The position numbers were made by a program, and so were the translations under genes. The notes beneath the pieces are model-generated. The model saw only the letters and a program-made list of their open reading frames with translations, was not told the DNA's origin and did no database searches. 64,000 nt of DNA from Saprospiraceae bacterium (lineage in GTDB: Bacteria > Bacteroidota > Bacteroidia > Chitinophagales > Saprospiraceae). The stretch lies in NCBI GenBank assembly GCA_027488855.1, contig JAIYAV010000217.1:9197-73196 (forward strand), given 5' to 3'. This document shows, in pieces, positions 44,758-55,300 of the stretch; within the stretch, counting starts at the first letter, position 1; the number at the start of each line of letters is the position of its first letter.

Positions 44758-45633
44758 TCATTTGACCTTTTTCATCAAACTACCTTTATCGTCATAGTAC
44801 TCCTCCACCTGCAAAGTATGATCAACATTATAAACAAGCCACTTTCCTAATTTGATGTAATCGTAATTTGTATCCTTGCCCAACGAAACAAACTCAGTAA
44901 TTTTTGCAGCCAAATCTGTTCTTTTTTTCATAACGTAAGCATTGACGTGTGTTTCTGATAATGGGGCATAAATCGGTCGTTCATAAAAAATACCATCTTT
45001 TATATCGGGAAGGTGCATACCAAAACATGATATGACAATGTCAATTCCTTCAATAGATCTGTCAAGATGTAGCCTAGGGTTTACTGGTTTGTTATCGGGG
45101 GATTTGTCCAGTTTAAAATAAAAATAAAGGGTATCATTGTTGTAGCTCCAGTACTCTGCACATTGTCGGGAGGAAAATTCAAAATTGGGGTACATTGAAA
45201 GTACATCTTTCAATTTCAGGTCTGCCACCAAGATTTCTTTTCCGTTTGGCAATTTCCCACTAAAATCCTTATTCAGGTGAATTTTCGCTAAATATTCATA
45301 GCCGTTTTCTTGTTGAAAAACCATACCTTTTTGTGTGGTAAGCTGGTATCCAATTCCATTTTCAAAGCGCCCATCTTCTCCTATGCACCCACTACCTGCA
45401 TCCATGTTTTCAACAGTAACTTGTTTTAATTCACTGTGCTTAGCGATCTCTGGCATAGTGGTTTTGCATGGACAAAAATCATTTATCGTAGATTTCACCA
45501 CAAAAGAACTATCTATTTGTAAAGACCTTGACTCAAAGGAATAGCTCTCTTTGTTTTGATTTGAAGTATTGGCACAACCCAGCGTAAAAAGACAGAGTGC
45601 ACTATAAATGCTTAATTTTAAATTCATGCGCAA
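44758..45633 (-). CDS. Hypothetical lipoprotein (lower-GC gene)
   Basis: Lipobox-like 'LCLFTLGCANT'. The 291-aa ORF has about 37% GC by spot count. I recognise no family. Confidence 0.5.
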   Translation of the reverse strand: MRMNLKLSIYSALCLFTLGCANTSNQNKESYSFESRSLQIDSSFVVKSTINDFCPCKTTMPEIAKHSELKQVTVENMDAGSGCIGEDGRFENGIGYQLTTQKGMVFQQENGYEYLAKIHLNKDFSGKLPNGKEILVADLKLKDVLSMYPNFEFSSRQCAEYWSYNNDTLYFYFKLDKSPDNKPVNPRLHLDRSIEGIDIVISCFGMHLPDIKDGIFYERPIYAPLSETHVNAYVMKKRTDLAAKITEFVSLGKDTNYDYIKLGKWLVYNVDHTLQVEEYYDDKGSLMKKVK

Positions 45634-45682
45634 TCTTTTCGAATTGTGATTAATGCCACTCTTCCCAACAGATATTACCCCC

Positions 45683-47161
45683 CTAAAACAAAACCTTCAC
45701 ATCCTTTTTCGTCACCTTCCCCATCGCATTGCGGGGCAATTCCTCCACCAAAAGATACTGCCGGGGCACCCGATAAGCAGGCATTCGTTCCCGCATCCAG
45801 GTATTGAGCGCTTTTAGGTCAATTTCTGCTTTGGTGACCAGCGCAGCCGCTACAGTTTCCCCCCATTCTTCACTTGGCAAGCCCACTACAGCACAATCGG
45901 CAATGGCCGGATGGGTGCGCAGGACTTCTTCTATTTCCAGCGCGGACAATTTATAGCCCCCCGATTTGATGATGTCCATCGAAGTGCGGCCCAGGATGCG
46001 GTAATAGCCTTCCTCCACCACGGCAGTATCGCCCGTCATAAACCAGTCATCGGCAGTAAAACTTTGCGCGGTAGCCTCTAGCCGTTGCCAGTATTCCAAA
46101 AATACATTGTCGCCTTTGATTTGAATTTCTCCAACTTCACCGAGGCCGATTTCTTGTTGTTGATCATCTACCAAACGTACTTTTACTCCCGGCAGCGGCA
46201 TGCCAATGTAGCCAGCCCGGCGCTCGCCAGCGTAGGGATTGCTGATGGCCATACCAATTTCCGTCATGCCATAACGCTCAAGCAAGCGGTGCCCACTGAT
46301 GCCTTCCCATTTTTCCATCACGGATACAGGCAGTGCCGCCGAACCCGAAATCATCAACCGAAAAGCTTGCAGGCGATTCTTCAATTGCGCTTGCGGCTCC
46401 GTTGACATCGCCTCCACGGCCTCAATCAACTTGAAATAAATGGTGGGCACGGCCATAAAGACGTTCAAATCACCATGCAAAAAGATGTCCAGCACTTTTT
46501 GAGCGTCGAAATGGGGTATAAACTGCACTTTTCCCCCAGCCCACAAGGTGCAGGATACTACGTTGATGATGCCATGCACGTGATGCAAGGGCAGAATGCA
46601 CAAGGTGTGATCGGTATCGGCATAAGCCCAGGCTTCCAGCAAAGATTCAATTTGCGCCGCGATATTGCGGTGGGTGGTCACAACTCCTTTGGGCAAATTG
46701 GTCGTACCACTGGTGTATAAAATCATGGCTCGGCGACTCATTTCGATTTGGGGCAAAATTCCTTTTGCTTCTGGTTCTTCTTTGCCCAGAACAATCAAAC
46801 GAAGTCCTTTTTCACGGCAATAAGCACCAAGTATGGGCTCAAATTCCGGCGAAACCACCACAATCTCTGCTTGAGTATCCTCCAACACATACTGTAAAGA
46901 TGGCAAAGGATAGGTGATGCACAAAGGCACGGTAATGCCACCCGCCAACCAGATTCCCCATTGGGTACGCACATAGTCGAAGCCGGGTTTGACCATGAAG
47001 GCGACCCGGCGCTCGGCAAGATCGGCTTCGTTTTGTAGTAGAGTATGGGCAAAAATTTCGGCGGCGTTTAAGAGATTGCCGTAGGTATACGATTGATTTT
47101 CCTCTTGGATAGCAATTCGGTCTTGATGTGTTTTGGCGTAGTTGAAAATGGGTAGTGACAT
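45683..47161 (-). CDS. AMP-dependent acyl-CoA synthetase/ligase
   Basis: AMP-binding motif 'ILYTSGTTNLPKGV', plus 'YGMTE', 'TGD...EGYYRILGR' and 'GGYKLS..EIE'. Confidence 0.85.
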   Translation of the reverse strand: MSLPIFNYAKTHQDRIAIQEENQSYTYGNLLNAAEIFAHTLLQNEADLAERRVAFMVKPGFDYVRTQWGIWLAGGITVPLCITYPLPSLQYVLEDTQAEIVVVSPEFEPILGAYCREKGLRLIVLGKEEPEAKGILPQIEMSRRAMILYTSGTTNLPKGVVTTHRNIAAQIESLLEAWAYADTDHTLCILPLHHVHGIINVVSCTLWAGGKVQFIPHFDAQKVLDIFLHGDLNVFMAVPTIYFKLIEAVEAMSTEPQAQLKNRLQAFRLMISGSAALPVSVMEKWEGISGHRLLERYGMTEIGMAISNPYAGERRAGYIGMPLPGVKVRLVDDQQQEIGLGEVGEIQIKGDNVFLEYWQRLEATAQSFTADDWFMTGDTAVVEEGYYRILGRTSMDIIKSGGYKLSALEIEEVLRTHPAIADCAVVGLPSEEWGETVAAALVTKAEIDLKALNTWMRERMPAYRVPRQYLLVEELPRNAMGKVTKKDVKVLF

Positions 47162-47225
47162 GGCGGTGCTAATAACAGATGTGAGGTGAGTTGATTATCA
47201 AGTAAGGGGGTGATCTTAGGCATAA

Positions 47226-47388
47226 CGACCAGCGGCAGCGCCGCCAAAACGTCTGTAGATCAAGGAACAAATATAGATTTTGAGGTACGTAGTACCGTAA
47301 CTGTTGCCTTTTGTTCCGGTGCTCTGCACCTTAAAGACACAGCTTGGTCTAAATGCTACAGACGTTTTGGCGGCGCTGCCGCTGGTCG
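47226..47388. repeat. MITE-like element: perfect 33-bp terminal inverted repeats around a 97-nt core
   Basis: 47226-47258 'cgaccagcggcagcgccgccaaaacgtctgtag' is the exact reverse complement of 47356-47388. There is no coding capacity beyond artefactual ORFs. Confidence 0.85.
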
Positions 47389-47448
47389 CTGACTCTAAGT
47401 TTGCAACTTGTTGATAATCCAATCGCCTCAAGTCTAGTAACACTTTCA

Positions 47449-47676
47449 TTAGGCAGCCAATACTTTTGTGCGAGCCTCTCTATGTGCAGCATATGCTAAA
47501 GCAGCTCTAATTTTTTCCATATCCAATTCAGGGAAATCTGCAATAATTTCCTCAAAAGACATCCCTGAAGCCAACCATTCCAAAATACCTTGAACCGTGA
47601 TTCGGGTGCCAATCACACAAGGTTTTCCAAAACGAATGCTTGGATCAATCCCAATAAAGTCATTCAATTTAAACAT
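47449..47676 (-). CDS. DUF433-domain protein (antitoxin-like, homeodomain-like fold)
   Basis: 'IGIDPSIRFGKPCVIGTRITVQGILEWLASGMSFEEIIADFPELDMEKIRAALAYA' matches the DUF433 pattern over the full 75-aa length. Confidence 0.8.
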   Translation of the reverse strand: MFKLNDFIGIDPSIRFGKPCVIGTRITVQGILEWLASGMSFEEIIADFPELDMEKIRAALAYAAHREARTKVLAA

Positions 47677-47833
47677 CTCAGATCGTGTTTACTTATTCAA
47701 AGATAGGGAAATAATTGCTAAAAAAACAGCTCAGGAAATTCGGTCTAACCCTCCTGATAAAATTCAGGCTTTGGGAAGTACTGAAATCCACCCAAAATCG
47801 GCTAACTTTCCCACAAACAATCACGGATTCCGT

Positions 47834-50800
47834 ATGAAAACCAATAAAACCATTCAACTTTTACTTTTTTCCCTCCTGGTGTTTTTCCAGGCACAGGCGC
47901 AACCCTTCGATGCCAAATTGTTCAACGCCATGCGTTGGCGCATGATTGGCCCACACCGGGGAGGCCGTACCGTGGGTGCAGTTGGCGTTCCCCAACAACC
48001 CAACGTTTTTTACATCGGGGTCAACCACGGTGGGGTTTGGAAAACGACCGACTATGGCCGTACATGGGTACCCATCTTTGACGACCAGCCTACCGGGTCA
48101 ATCGGCGATGTTGGCGTTGCACCTTCCAATCCAAATGTGCTCTATGTCGCCAGCGGCGAAGGTCTCCAAAGACCCGATTTGTCGGTCGGTGATGGCATGT
48201 ACAAATCCCTCGATGCAGGCAAAAGCTGGCAACACATCGGCCTACGCGAAGGCCAGCAAATCGGTGGCATCGACATCGATCCCCGCGATGAAAACCGCGT
48301 TTTTGCCGCTGTGCTCGGCCACCCTTACGGCCCCAACACCGAACGCGGCGTGTACCGAACCACCAATGGCGGCAAAACCTGGGAACGGGTATTGTACAAA
48401 GATGAAAACACCGGGGCGATCCAGGTGACCATCGACCCTAGCAACTCCAATATCGTTTACGCAAGTTTGTGGGCTGCCCGCCAAGGCCCTTGGGAAAATG
48501 GTGCCTGGCAAGGGCCGGAAACGGGGTTTTACAAATCCACCGACGGCGGAACTACCTGGCAAAAAAAGGTCAGTGGTTTGCCCACTTTTGCCGAAGGTTT
48601 GGGCCGCATCGGTTTTTGCATCGCGCCCAGTCAAACCCAACGACTTTACGCCACCGTTGACGCGCCGACAAAAGGTGGCATCTACCGCAGCGACGACGGT
48701 GGAGAATCCTGGACATTGATGAATCCCGATGCCCGGCTTTGGGGTCGCGGCAGTGATTTTGCCGAAGTAAAAGTAGACCCGAAAAACCCCGACATCGTTT
48801 ATTCCGCCAATGTGGTAGCTTGGAAATCAACGGATGGTGGAAAAAACTGGGCTGCCTTTCGCGGCGCGCCCGGCGGCGACGACTACCACCGCATCTGGAT
48901 CAACCCCAGCAACCCGGACATCATCCTGCTGGCTAGCGACCAAGGGGCCATCATCACCGTCAATGGCGGTGAAACTTTCAGCTCCTGGTACAATCAGCCC
49001 ACTGCGCAGTTTTACCACGTGAGTACGGATAATGCCTTTCCTTACAACGTGTACGGCGGGCAGCAGGAAAGTGGCTCGGTGGGGATTACCTCGCGAGGGA
49101 ATGATGGCCGCATCACTTTTCGGGAATGGCATCCAGTGGGTGTGGAAGAATATGGCTACGTGGCCCCCGATCCACTCGACCCCAACATCATTTACGGCGG
49201 CAAAGTCACCCGTTTTGACAAACGTACGGGTCAAAACCAAAACATCGCTCCAGAAGCAGTTCGATCGGGTAAATACCGTTTTATCCGTACTGCCCCTATC
49301 CTATTTTCGCCCATCAACCCTAAAACATTGTATTACGCAGGAAATGTGCTGTTCAAAACCCAAAATGGTGGCAACTCCTGGGAAATCATCAGCCCTGATC
49401 TGACTCGGGAGACTTACGATGTACCAGAGAGCGTGGGCGTCTACACCAGTGCCGACATGAAAACCATGCCCCGGCGAGGCGTCATTTACACGATTGCGCC
49501 ATCGCCACTAGATTCCAATCTCATTTGGGTGGGTACCGACGATGGTTTCATTCAAGTAACAAGGGATGGTGGCAAAAACTGGAGCAATGTCACTCCACCT
49601 GCGATCACCTCCTGGAGCAAGGTTTCAATCATGGAGGCTAGTCATTTTGACAAAAATACCGCTTATGCCGCCGTCAACCGCATCCGTTGCGACGACTTGC
49701 GTCCCCACATTTACCGTACCCGCGACGGGGGCAAAACCTGGCAGAAGATTGTCACGGGTTTACCGGATGACCCAATCAATGCGGTCAAAGAAGACCCCCT
49801 AAAAAAAGGCCTACTTTTTGCGGGTTCAGAACGAATGGTTTCAGTGTCCTTTGATGATGGAGAACACTGGCAATCCTTGCGGTTAAACATGCCCGCTACT
49901 TCGATTCGCGATTTGGTGATCAAAGACGATGACATCGTGGTGGGTACCCATGGGCGTTCTTTCTGGATTCTGGACGACATTACTCCACTGCGGCAATTGA
50001 CTCCAACACTGGCCGCCCAAAATTCAATTTTGTACAAACCCCAATTGACTTACCGGGTACGCTGGAACATGAACACCGATACCCCCATCCCGCAGGAAGA
50101 ACCCTCAGGCGACAACCCACCCGATGGCGCAATCCTCAATTATTACCTAAAAGAAGCGGGAACCGTGAGTTTGGAAATTCTGGATGCAGCCGGGAATCTG
50201 GTGCGCAAATTCACGCCCAATGACGCACCTGACAACATCCCCCCAAACAACGTTCCAGATTATTGGATTCGCCCTCAGCAGATTTTGTCAGGAGCAGCGG
50301 GGTCGCATCGTTTTGTTTGGGATTTGCACTACGCGCCGCTGCCTGGGCCGGCCAATTTCCCGATTGCAGCTACTTTTCGCAATACTGCTCCTCGGCCTAC
50401 CGGGCCTTGGGTCATGCCGGGCAATTATACCGTGCGCCTGACGGTCAATGGTCAAAGTTTTACTCAGCCTTTAGTGATCAAGATGGATCCTCGGGTGCAA
50501 ACCAGTACTGCACAATTGCGACAACAGTTTGACTTGTCGATGACTTGTTATGATGGGCAAAAAAAATTAAACGCCATGCTCAACCAGACGGTTGGTTTGC
50601 GTGCGCAAATTAAAACGAATTTGGGCTTGCTTAAAAATGGGGTATTGGCCCCAAAATTGCACGATTTGAGCGAATCCCTGGTCGCCTTGGAAAAAGAATT
50701 TGGGCCAGTGAGTCGCAATTTTGCTGGGGTTTTTGGGGTGTTGCAGGATGCGGATATGCCACCTACCAGACAGGCTGTTGAAGCGGTTTCAGCGGCTCAG

Positions 50801-50902
50801 ACAAGTTTGGATGCCATTAATAAAAAAATGGAAGCCATCAAGGGTACGCTGCCAGATCTGAATACTGCCTTGAAAAGAATGAATTTGAAAATCCTGGAAT
50901 AA
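47834..50902 (+). CDS. Secreted BNR/Asp-box repeat protein (sortilin/VPS10- or GH74-like twin propeller)
   Basis: The ATG at 47834 gives the signal peptide 'MKTNKTIQLLLFSLLVFFQAQA'. The many S/T-x-D-x-G-x-T/S-W boxes include 'TTDYGRTW', 'SLDAGKSW', 'TTNGGKTW', 'STDGGTTW', 'SDDGGESW', 'STDGGKNW', 'TRDGGKNW' and 'TRDGGKTW'. Confidence 0.75.
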   Translation: MKTNKTIQLLLFSLLVFFQAQAQPFDAKLFNAMRWRMIGPHRGGRTVGAVGVPQQPNVFYIGVNHGGVWKTTDYGRTWVPIFDDQPTGSIGDVGVAPSNPNVLYVASGEGLQRPDLSVGDGMYKSLDAGKSWQHIGLREGQQIGGIDIDPRDENRVFAAVLGHPYGPNTERGVYRTTNGGKTWERVLYKDENTGAIQVTIDPSNSNIVYASLWAARQGPWENGAWQGPETGFYKSTDGGTTWQKKVSGLPTFAEGLGRIGFCIAPSQTQRLYATVDAPTKGGIYRSDDGGESWTLMNPDARLWGRGSDFAEVKVDPKNPDIVYSANVVAWKSTDGGKNWAAFRGAPGGDDYHRIWINPSNPDIILLASDQGAIITVNGGETFSSWYNQPTAQFYHVSTDNAFPYNVYGGQQESGSVGITSRGNDGRITFREWHPVGVEEYGYVAPDPLDPNIIYGGKVTRFDKRTGQNQNIAPEAVRSGKYRFIRTAPILFSPINPKTLYYAGNVLFKTQNGGNSWEIISPDLTRETYDVPESVGVYTSADMKTMPRRGVIYTIAPSPLDSNLIWVGTDDGFIQVTRDGGKNWSNVTPPAITSWSKVSIMEASHFDKNTAYAAVNRIRCDDLRPHIYRTRDGGKTWQKIVTGLPDDPINAVKEDPLKKGLLFAGSERMVSVSFDDGEHWQSLRLNMPATSIRDLVIKDDDIVVGTHGRSFWILDDITPLRQLTPTLAAQNSILYKPQLTYRVRWNMNTDTPIPQEEPSGDNPPDGAILNYYLKEAGTVSLEILDAAGNLVRKFTPNDAPDNIPPNNVPDYWIRPQQILSGAAGSHRFVWDLHYAPLPGPANFPIAATFRNTAPRPTGPWVMPGNYTVRLTVNGQSFTQPLVIKMDPRVQTSTAQLRQQFDLSMTCYDGQKKLNAMLNQTVGLRAQIKTNLGLLKNGVLAPKLHDLSESLVALEKEFGPVSRNFAGVFGVLQDADMPPTRQAVEAVSAAQTSLDAINKKMEAIKGTLPDLNTALKRMNLKILE

Positions 50903-50945
50903 ACTAAAGGATAGCCGCTTTTATCCAGGTCTGTGCGGTACAGAA

Positions 50946-51044
50946 CCTTCCGAAAGTGAAAAACTTTCGGAAGGGCGCTTCTAGTTTTGAGCGTATAGCC
51001 CAGATCTAGAGGCCCCTTCCCGAAAGTTTTCCACTTTCGGGAAG
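50946..51044. repeat. Twin mirrored hairpins (12-bp stems) forming a larger imperfect palindrome; bidirectional-terminator-like
   Basis: h1 is 50946-50974 'ccttccgaaagt-gaaaa-actttcggaagg'. h2 is 51016-51044 'cttcccgaaagt-tttcc-actttcgggaag'. They lie between convergent genes. Confidence 0.8.
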
Positions 51045-51099
51045 TTCATTTAGCGCAAGATTTTATACACAAAGTTCCAATCGACATCCTTTAGCCCAA

Positions 51100-52032
51100 T
51101 CACCGTAGCCCCAATAAAACCACTACGCCCCACATCAAGCCAAAACTGATCAACAAAGAAATATTCAGCAGCGTCCCCGCAATTCGGGAATCAAAATTCA
51201 TTTCATCGGAAAAAGGCAGAATGGTCAACCCAATGGGCAGCAACACACAGACGATCAACACGCTGCGCATCTGCGAATCAGCAGGCAACAGAAAATACAA
51301 AGCTGTTACAGCAACAAAACCTACGCCATACCGAATGGCCAATACTTTAGAAATGGCCTTCAACTTATTTTTATCCAGGGCAAAACTCAGGTAAAGGCCC
51401 ATGAGCAACAGCACCAACGACTTATTGGCTGAGGCAAGAATATCCAGACCATCCATCATCAACTTTGGCATTGGAATGTTCAAAAGATTGATCGACAGCC
51501 CTACAAACATGGCCAAAAAGGGCGGCAAACTAAAGACCCGTTTGAGAATCATCCGCCAATAGACCGCTTTGGCTCCACTTGAGGCGATGTAGCTCCCCAG
51601 TGGATAGACAATCCCAAAAGCAATGATGGTGTTTCCAATATCGTACATCACCGCGTAAACCAGGGCTTCTTTGCCAAAAAGTCCTTCGATAATTGGAAAA
51701 CCAAATAAGCCCACATTCGCTGTACCTGCTCCCATGGTGAGGACGCCGCGTAGTTCAGTTGAATAATTGCCAAACCAAAACCAGGCAACCGTCAGCATCA
51801 GGCTACAAAAGCCGATACAAAACAGCGGCAGTAGAAATAGGGATGGAGTCAATTCTACCCGTACCATAGAAACCAGCATCAAGGCAGGAAAAGTGGTGTG
51901 CATCAAAAACTTGGAGATGGTTTTGCCCTCCTCTTCTTTGACGAAACCGTATTTTTTCAACAAAAAACCGAGGGCGATGATGCTGAGGGTGATGATGAAG
52001 ACGTGGTTGGCTTGGGTCATTGAACTGTTCAA
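51100..52032 (-). CDS. AEC-family (auxin efflux carrier-type) membrane transporter
   Basis: 310 aa with about 10 hydrophobic segments and a central loop, typical of the Mem_trans family. Confidence 0.65.
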   Translation of the reverse strand: MNSSMTQANHVFIITLSIIALGFLLKKYGFVKEEEGKTISKFLMHTTFPALMLVSMVRVELTPSLFLLPLFCIGFCSLMLTVAWFWFGNYSTELRGVLTMGAGTANVGLFGFPIIEGLFGKEALVYAVMYDIGNTIIAFGIVYPLGSYIASSGAKAVYWRMILKRVFSLPPFLAMFVGLSINLLNIPMPKLMMDGLDILASANKSLVLLLMGLYLSFALDKNKLKAISKVLAIRYGVGFVAVTALYFLLPADSQMRSVLIVCVLLPIGLTILPFSDEMNFDSRIAGTLLNISLLISFGLMWGVVVLLGLR

Positions 52033-52063
52033 TAATGAGCGAATGGATCGAATTTAGGAGGTG

Positions 52064-52071
52064 CAAAAGTA
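52064..52071 (-). promoter_or_regulatory. Candidate Bacteroidota -7 promoter box (TAnnTTTG)
   Basis: The minus strand reads TACTTTTG, 32 nt upstream of the start at 52032. This is a motif match only. Confidence 0.3.
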
Positions 52072-52208
52072 TTAAAAAATATATTCGGCAGTGGTAAATT
52101 GGCTGAAGATTCAGTTGTTTCCAAAATGGAAAATACTGCCCAAGAAGGAAAGATTTACAAAAAGCGACAATCCATTTAGCTGTGCTAATGAGCATCGTAG
52201 ATGAGTAA

Positions 52209-52316
52209 CTAAGGTGTTCTAAGGTGCCTTAGGTGGTTCAAAAAATCTTTAGCATGGCTCAGAACCACTCTAAGTATTTAAAATTGAACCACCTTAGGCA
52301 CCTTAGAACACCTTAG
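52209..52316. repeat. CTTAGGTG-word palindromic element, subtype 2 (33-nt arms, 1 mismatch, ~42-nt loop)
   Basis: The left arm 'ctaaggtgttctaaggtgccttaggtggttcaa' pairs with the reverse complement of 52284-52316. It is homologous to the element at 37304. It lies 3' of the gene ending at 52358. Confidence 0.9.
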
Positions 52317-52357
52317 AAACAAAACCAAGCAGCGAAGCTGCTTACTCGTATTGTAAA

Positions 52358-55300
52358 TTATTTAAACTCAAACTTCTCCACGCCTCCCAAGAAATTCCCC
52401 TTCGCATCCGCATTCCGGAATACAATGAAAATATCCTGTTTCCCAGCAGGAGCAGCAGCAGTGAATTTTAAGGGCACATCCTTTTTGTCTCCTTTGGGGA
52501 AACTGGTCTCAGCCAGTAGCGTCCCTTCCGGCGACCCCGTGCGCAATTCAATTTTCCCACCGACGCCATAACCTTTGGTGTAGACCGTGATTTCGGAAAC
52601 ACCCGTCAGGTCAATGCCGTTGTAGCGCAGGTAAGCATTGTCGTTCGCTACTTGCATCGGACTGTTTCCCCTTGCACGCATCATTTCCCGGTGGGCATCC
52701 GCTTCGGTGGCGTACAGCAATGGAGAACGCAGCGAAATGGTTTGACTAGCGATCAAAGCACCCACCATGGGGATACCTTTATCCGTGTAGCTGGCACTCA
52801 GGATGTACATCCCAGGTTGCTTTTTCTCGTGCTCGCTCAGGTTGACGGAAGCTGCAAGAGGGCGGTTTTCCGGTTTTTTATCCTTAGCCAATGACAAGAT
52901 GTATTCAGCCATCGATTCGGCTTCCGACTTGGTCAATTGAGGGTGGGCATTCATGGCTTGTTCGCCCCAAACACCTTTGCCACCCTTGAGGATTTTATTG
53001 GCCAAAATCCCGGCAACGGGTTCCCAACTGTCCTTGTATTTTTTGGAGATATCCATGAAAGATGGGCCAACTGATTTTTCGCTCATCTGGTGGCAAGACT
53101 TACAATCCGAGAGTTCGATCAGGCGTTTGCCCGCCACAAAACCAGAGTTGGTTTGGTGCCCTTGAGCCACCCCTGTACGGTCAAAGCCTTCGATGTAGTT
53201 CAAACTCACCGCCACATCTTCGCTGCTGATGCCTTTGCCTACTTCACCATCTTCCTTGTCACTCACCTTGATGGCGTAATCGAGTGGTTTGCCAGGGAAG
53301 AAGAAGGTTTGGTTGCCTTTAACCGTCAAATCCAGTTTTGGCATTTCATTGCCTACCCGGATGCCCACTTTAGAGCTGGAGGCTTTGCCCTGAGCATCGG
53401 TTACGGTCAATTCAGTTTCATAAAACCCTGGCTTTTTGTACTTCGCCACCGCATTGGGCTGGGTACTGCCTTTGCCATTGCCAAAGTCCCAGGCGTAAGT
53501 CAGAGCTTGACCTTCGGGGTCTTTGGAGGCAGAAGCATTCAAGGTTACACTAAGCGGTTTTTTGCCCGCCGTAGTGCTAGCTTCCAGCTTTGCCATCGGA
53601 GGCAAATTGCCCGGGTTGTATTCAATTTTGAACAAAGTAGCGTCTTCGTTCGCCGAAAACCACTTTTTGCCATACTCCAACATGTACAAGGTTCCATCGG
53701 TGTGGAAAGCCATGTCCATGGGGTTGGACAAAGGGACATTGGGCGCAAAACGCTCCATGTCGGCGTACTTGCCGTTTTCATCCATCGTAATCACCATGAT
53801 CCAATCGCGGATCCAATCGTAGGCGAAAAACTTGCCATTGTAATAGTTGGGGAAACGATTGGGGGCATTTTTGAAATCGTCGGCGTAATAAACAGGACCA
53901 GCCATGGGGTTGCGGCCACCTTTGCCCATCAACGGAAATTCGGTGGATGTCACATAGGGATACCACACCAGTGGCGGCTGGGCAGCGGGCAATTCAATCA
54001 AACCCGTGTTGTGCGCACTTTCGTTCATTGGCGCTTTGGGGTCGTAGGCGACACCGGCAGTTTTGGTATCAAAATCCCAGCGGCGATAAGGTTTATTATT
54101 GGCTACAAAAAGTGGCCAACCAAAGTAACCCGCTTTTTGCGCCTGATTGAATTCACAATGACCTCTGGGGCCACGCTCGGCACTGTCTTCGCCTGCATCC
54201 GGACCTACATCGCCCCAATACACGAAGCCAGTGTGTTTGTCTACCGAAATGCGATAAGGATTGCGGCAGCCCATCACGAAAATTTCCGGGCGGGTTTTGG
54301 CAGTACTTGCCAGATACATGTTGCCCTCCGGAATGGTGTAAGTGCCGTCGGGTTGTACTTTGATCCGCAGAATTTTACCCCGCAAATCGTTGGTATTGGA
54401 GGAAGTATATCGGGCATCAAAACCGCTGCGGCCAGGACGACCATCCATCGGACCATAGCCGTCTGACTCAAAAGGATTGGTATCGTCTCCGGTACTCAAA
54501 AATAGATTGCCTTTGCCATCAAAATCGATGGAGCCACCCGTGTGGCAGCAGCCGTCTTTTTTAACTTGAACGCGCAAGACGACTTTTTCAGAAGCAAAAA
54601 CCAGCGTATCCTTGGCCTCGTCATAAGTAAATTGCGAAAGGCGATTTTCCTTTGAGTTGTCGTTGGGTGTGTAATACAAAAACAGGCGTTTGCTCTGTGC
54701 GTAGTTGGGATCAGCACCCAAGCCCATCAAGCCATACTCGTTACCGGTAAAGACGGGCATATTGGCCACTACTTTTATATTGCCGGTAGCCGGGTTCCAC
54801 ATTTTCAGTTTGCCCTTGCGCTCGGTGAACAACACTTTACCATTTGGCAAAACGGCCAACTCGGTTGGCTCATCGAGGTTGTTAACCAGCACGGTTTTCG
54901 AGAAGCGAGCTTGATCGGGTACTTGTTCACTTTTGGCTTTGCTGTAGTCCAGTTTTTCGGACATGGCCCAAGTCAAGCCACCGATGAAGTGTTTGGCAAT
55001 TTTAGGGTCGGAAAAAGACTCCCAGGTGTGGCCATAGTTGGAATAAAAGGACTTGCCGCCATCAAATTCATGGTACCAGGCCATTGGGTGAAAATCGCCC
55101 ATCTTGCCATCCTTGTACGATTTTTCATCCACTTTAATGAGTGGCTTGATCAAATCAGTACGCAGGGATTTGAAGTCGTAGAATTCGTCCGTATGGTCAA
55201 ACGTGGCATCGAGGTGCTGGGTAGAAGGGTGGTTCCTATCCATTACGGTCATCGTCCCTTTTTGCACGTTCGGATTGCCAGGGTGACTGGCAAAATACCC

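Noticed and set aside
47210-47392. ORFs 47210..47392 (+) and the repeat-derived part of 47216..47449 (-)
   Set aside because: Their translations ('SGSAAKTSV...', 'RRFGGAAAGR') come from the two arms of the perfect inverted repeat. They are artefacts of the palindrome.
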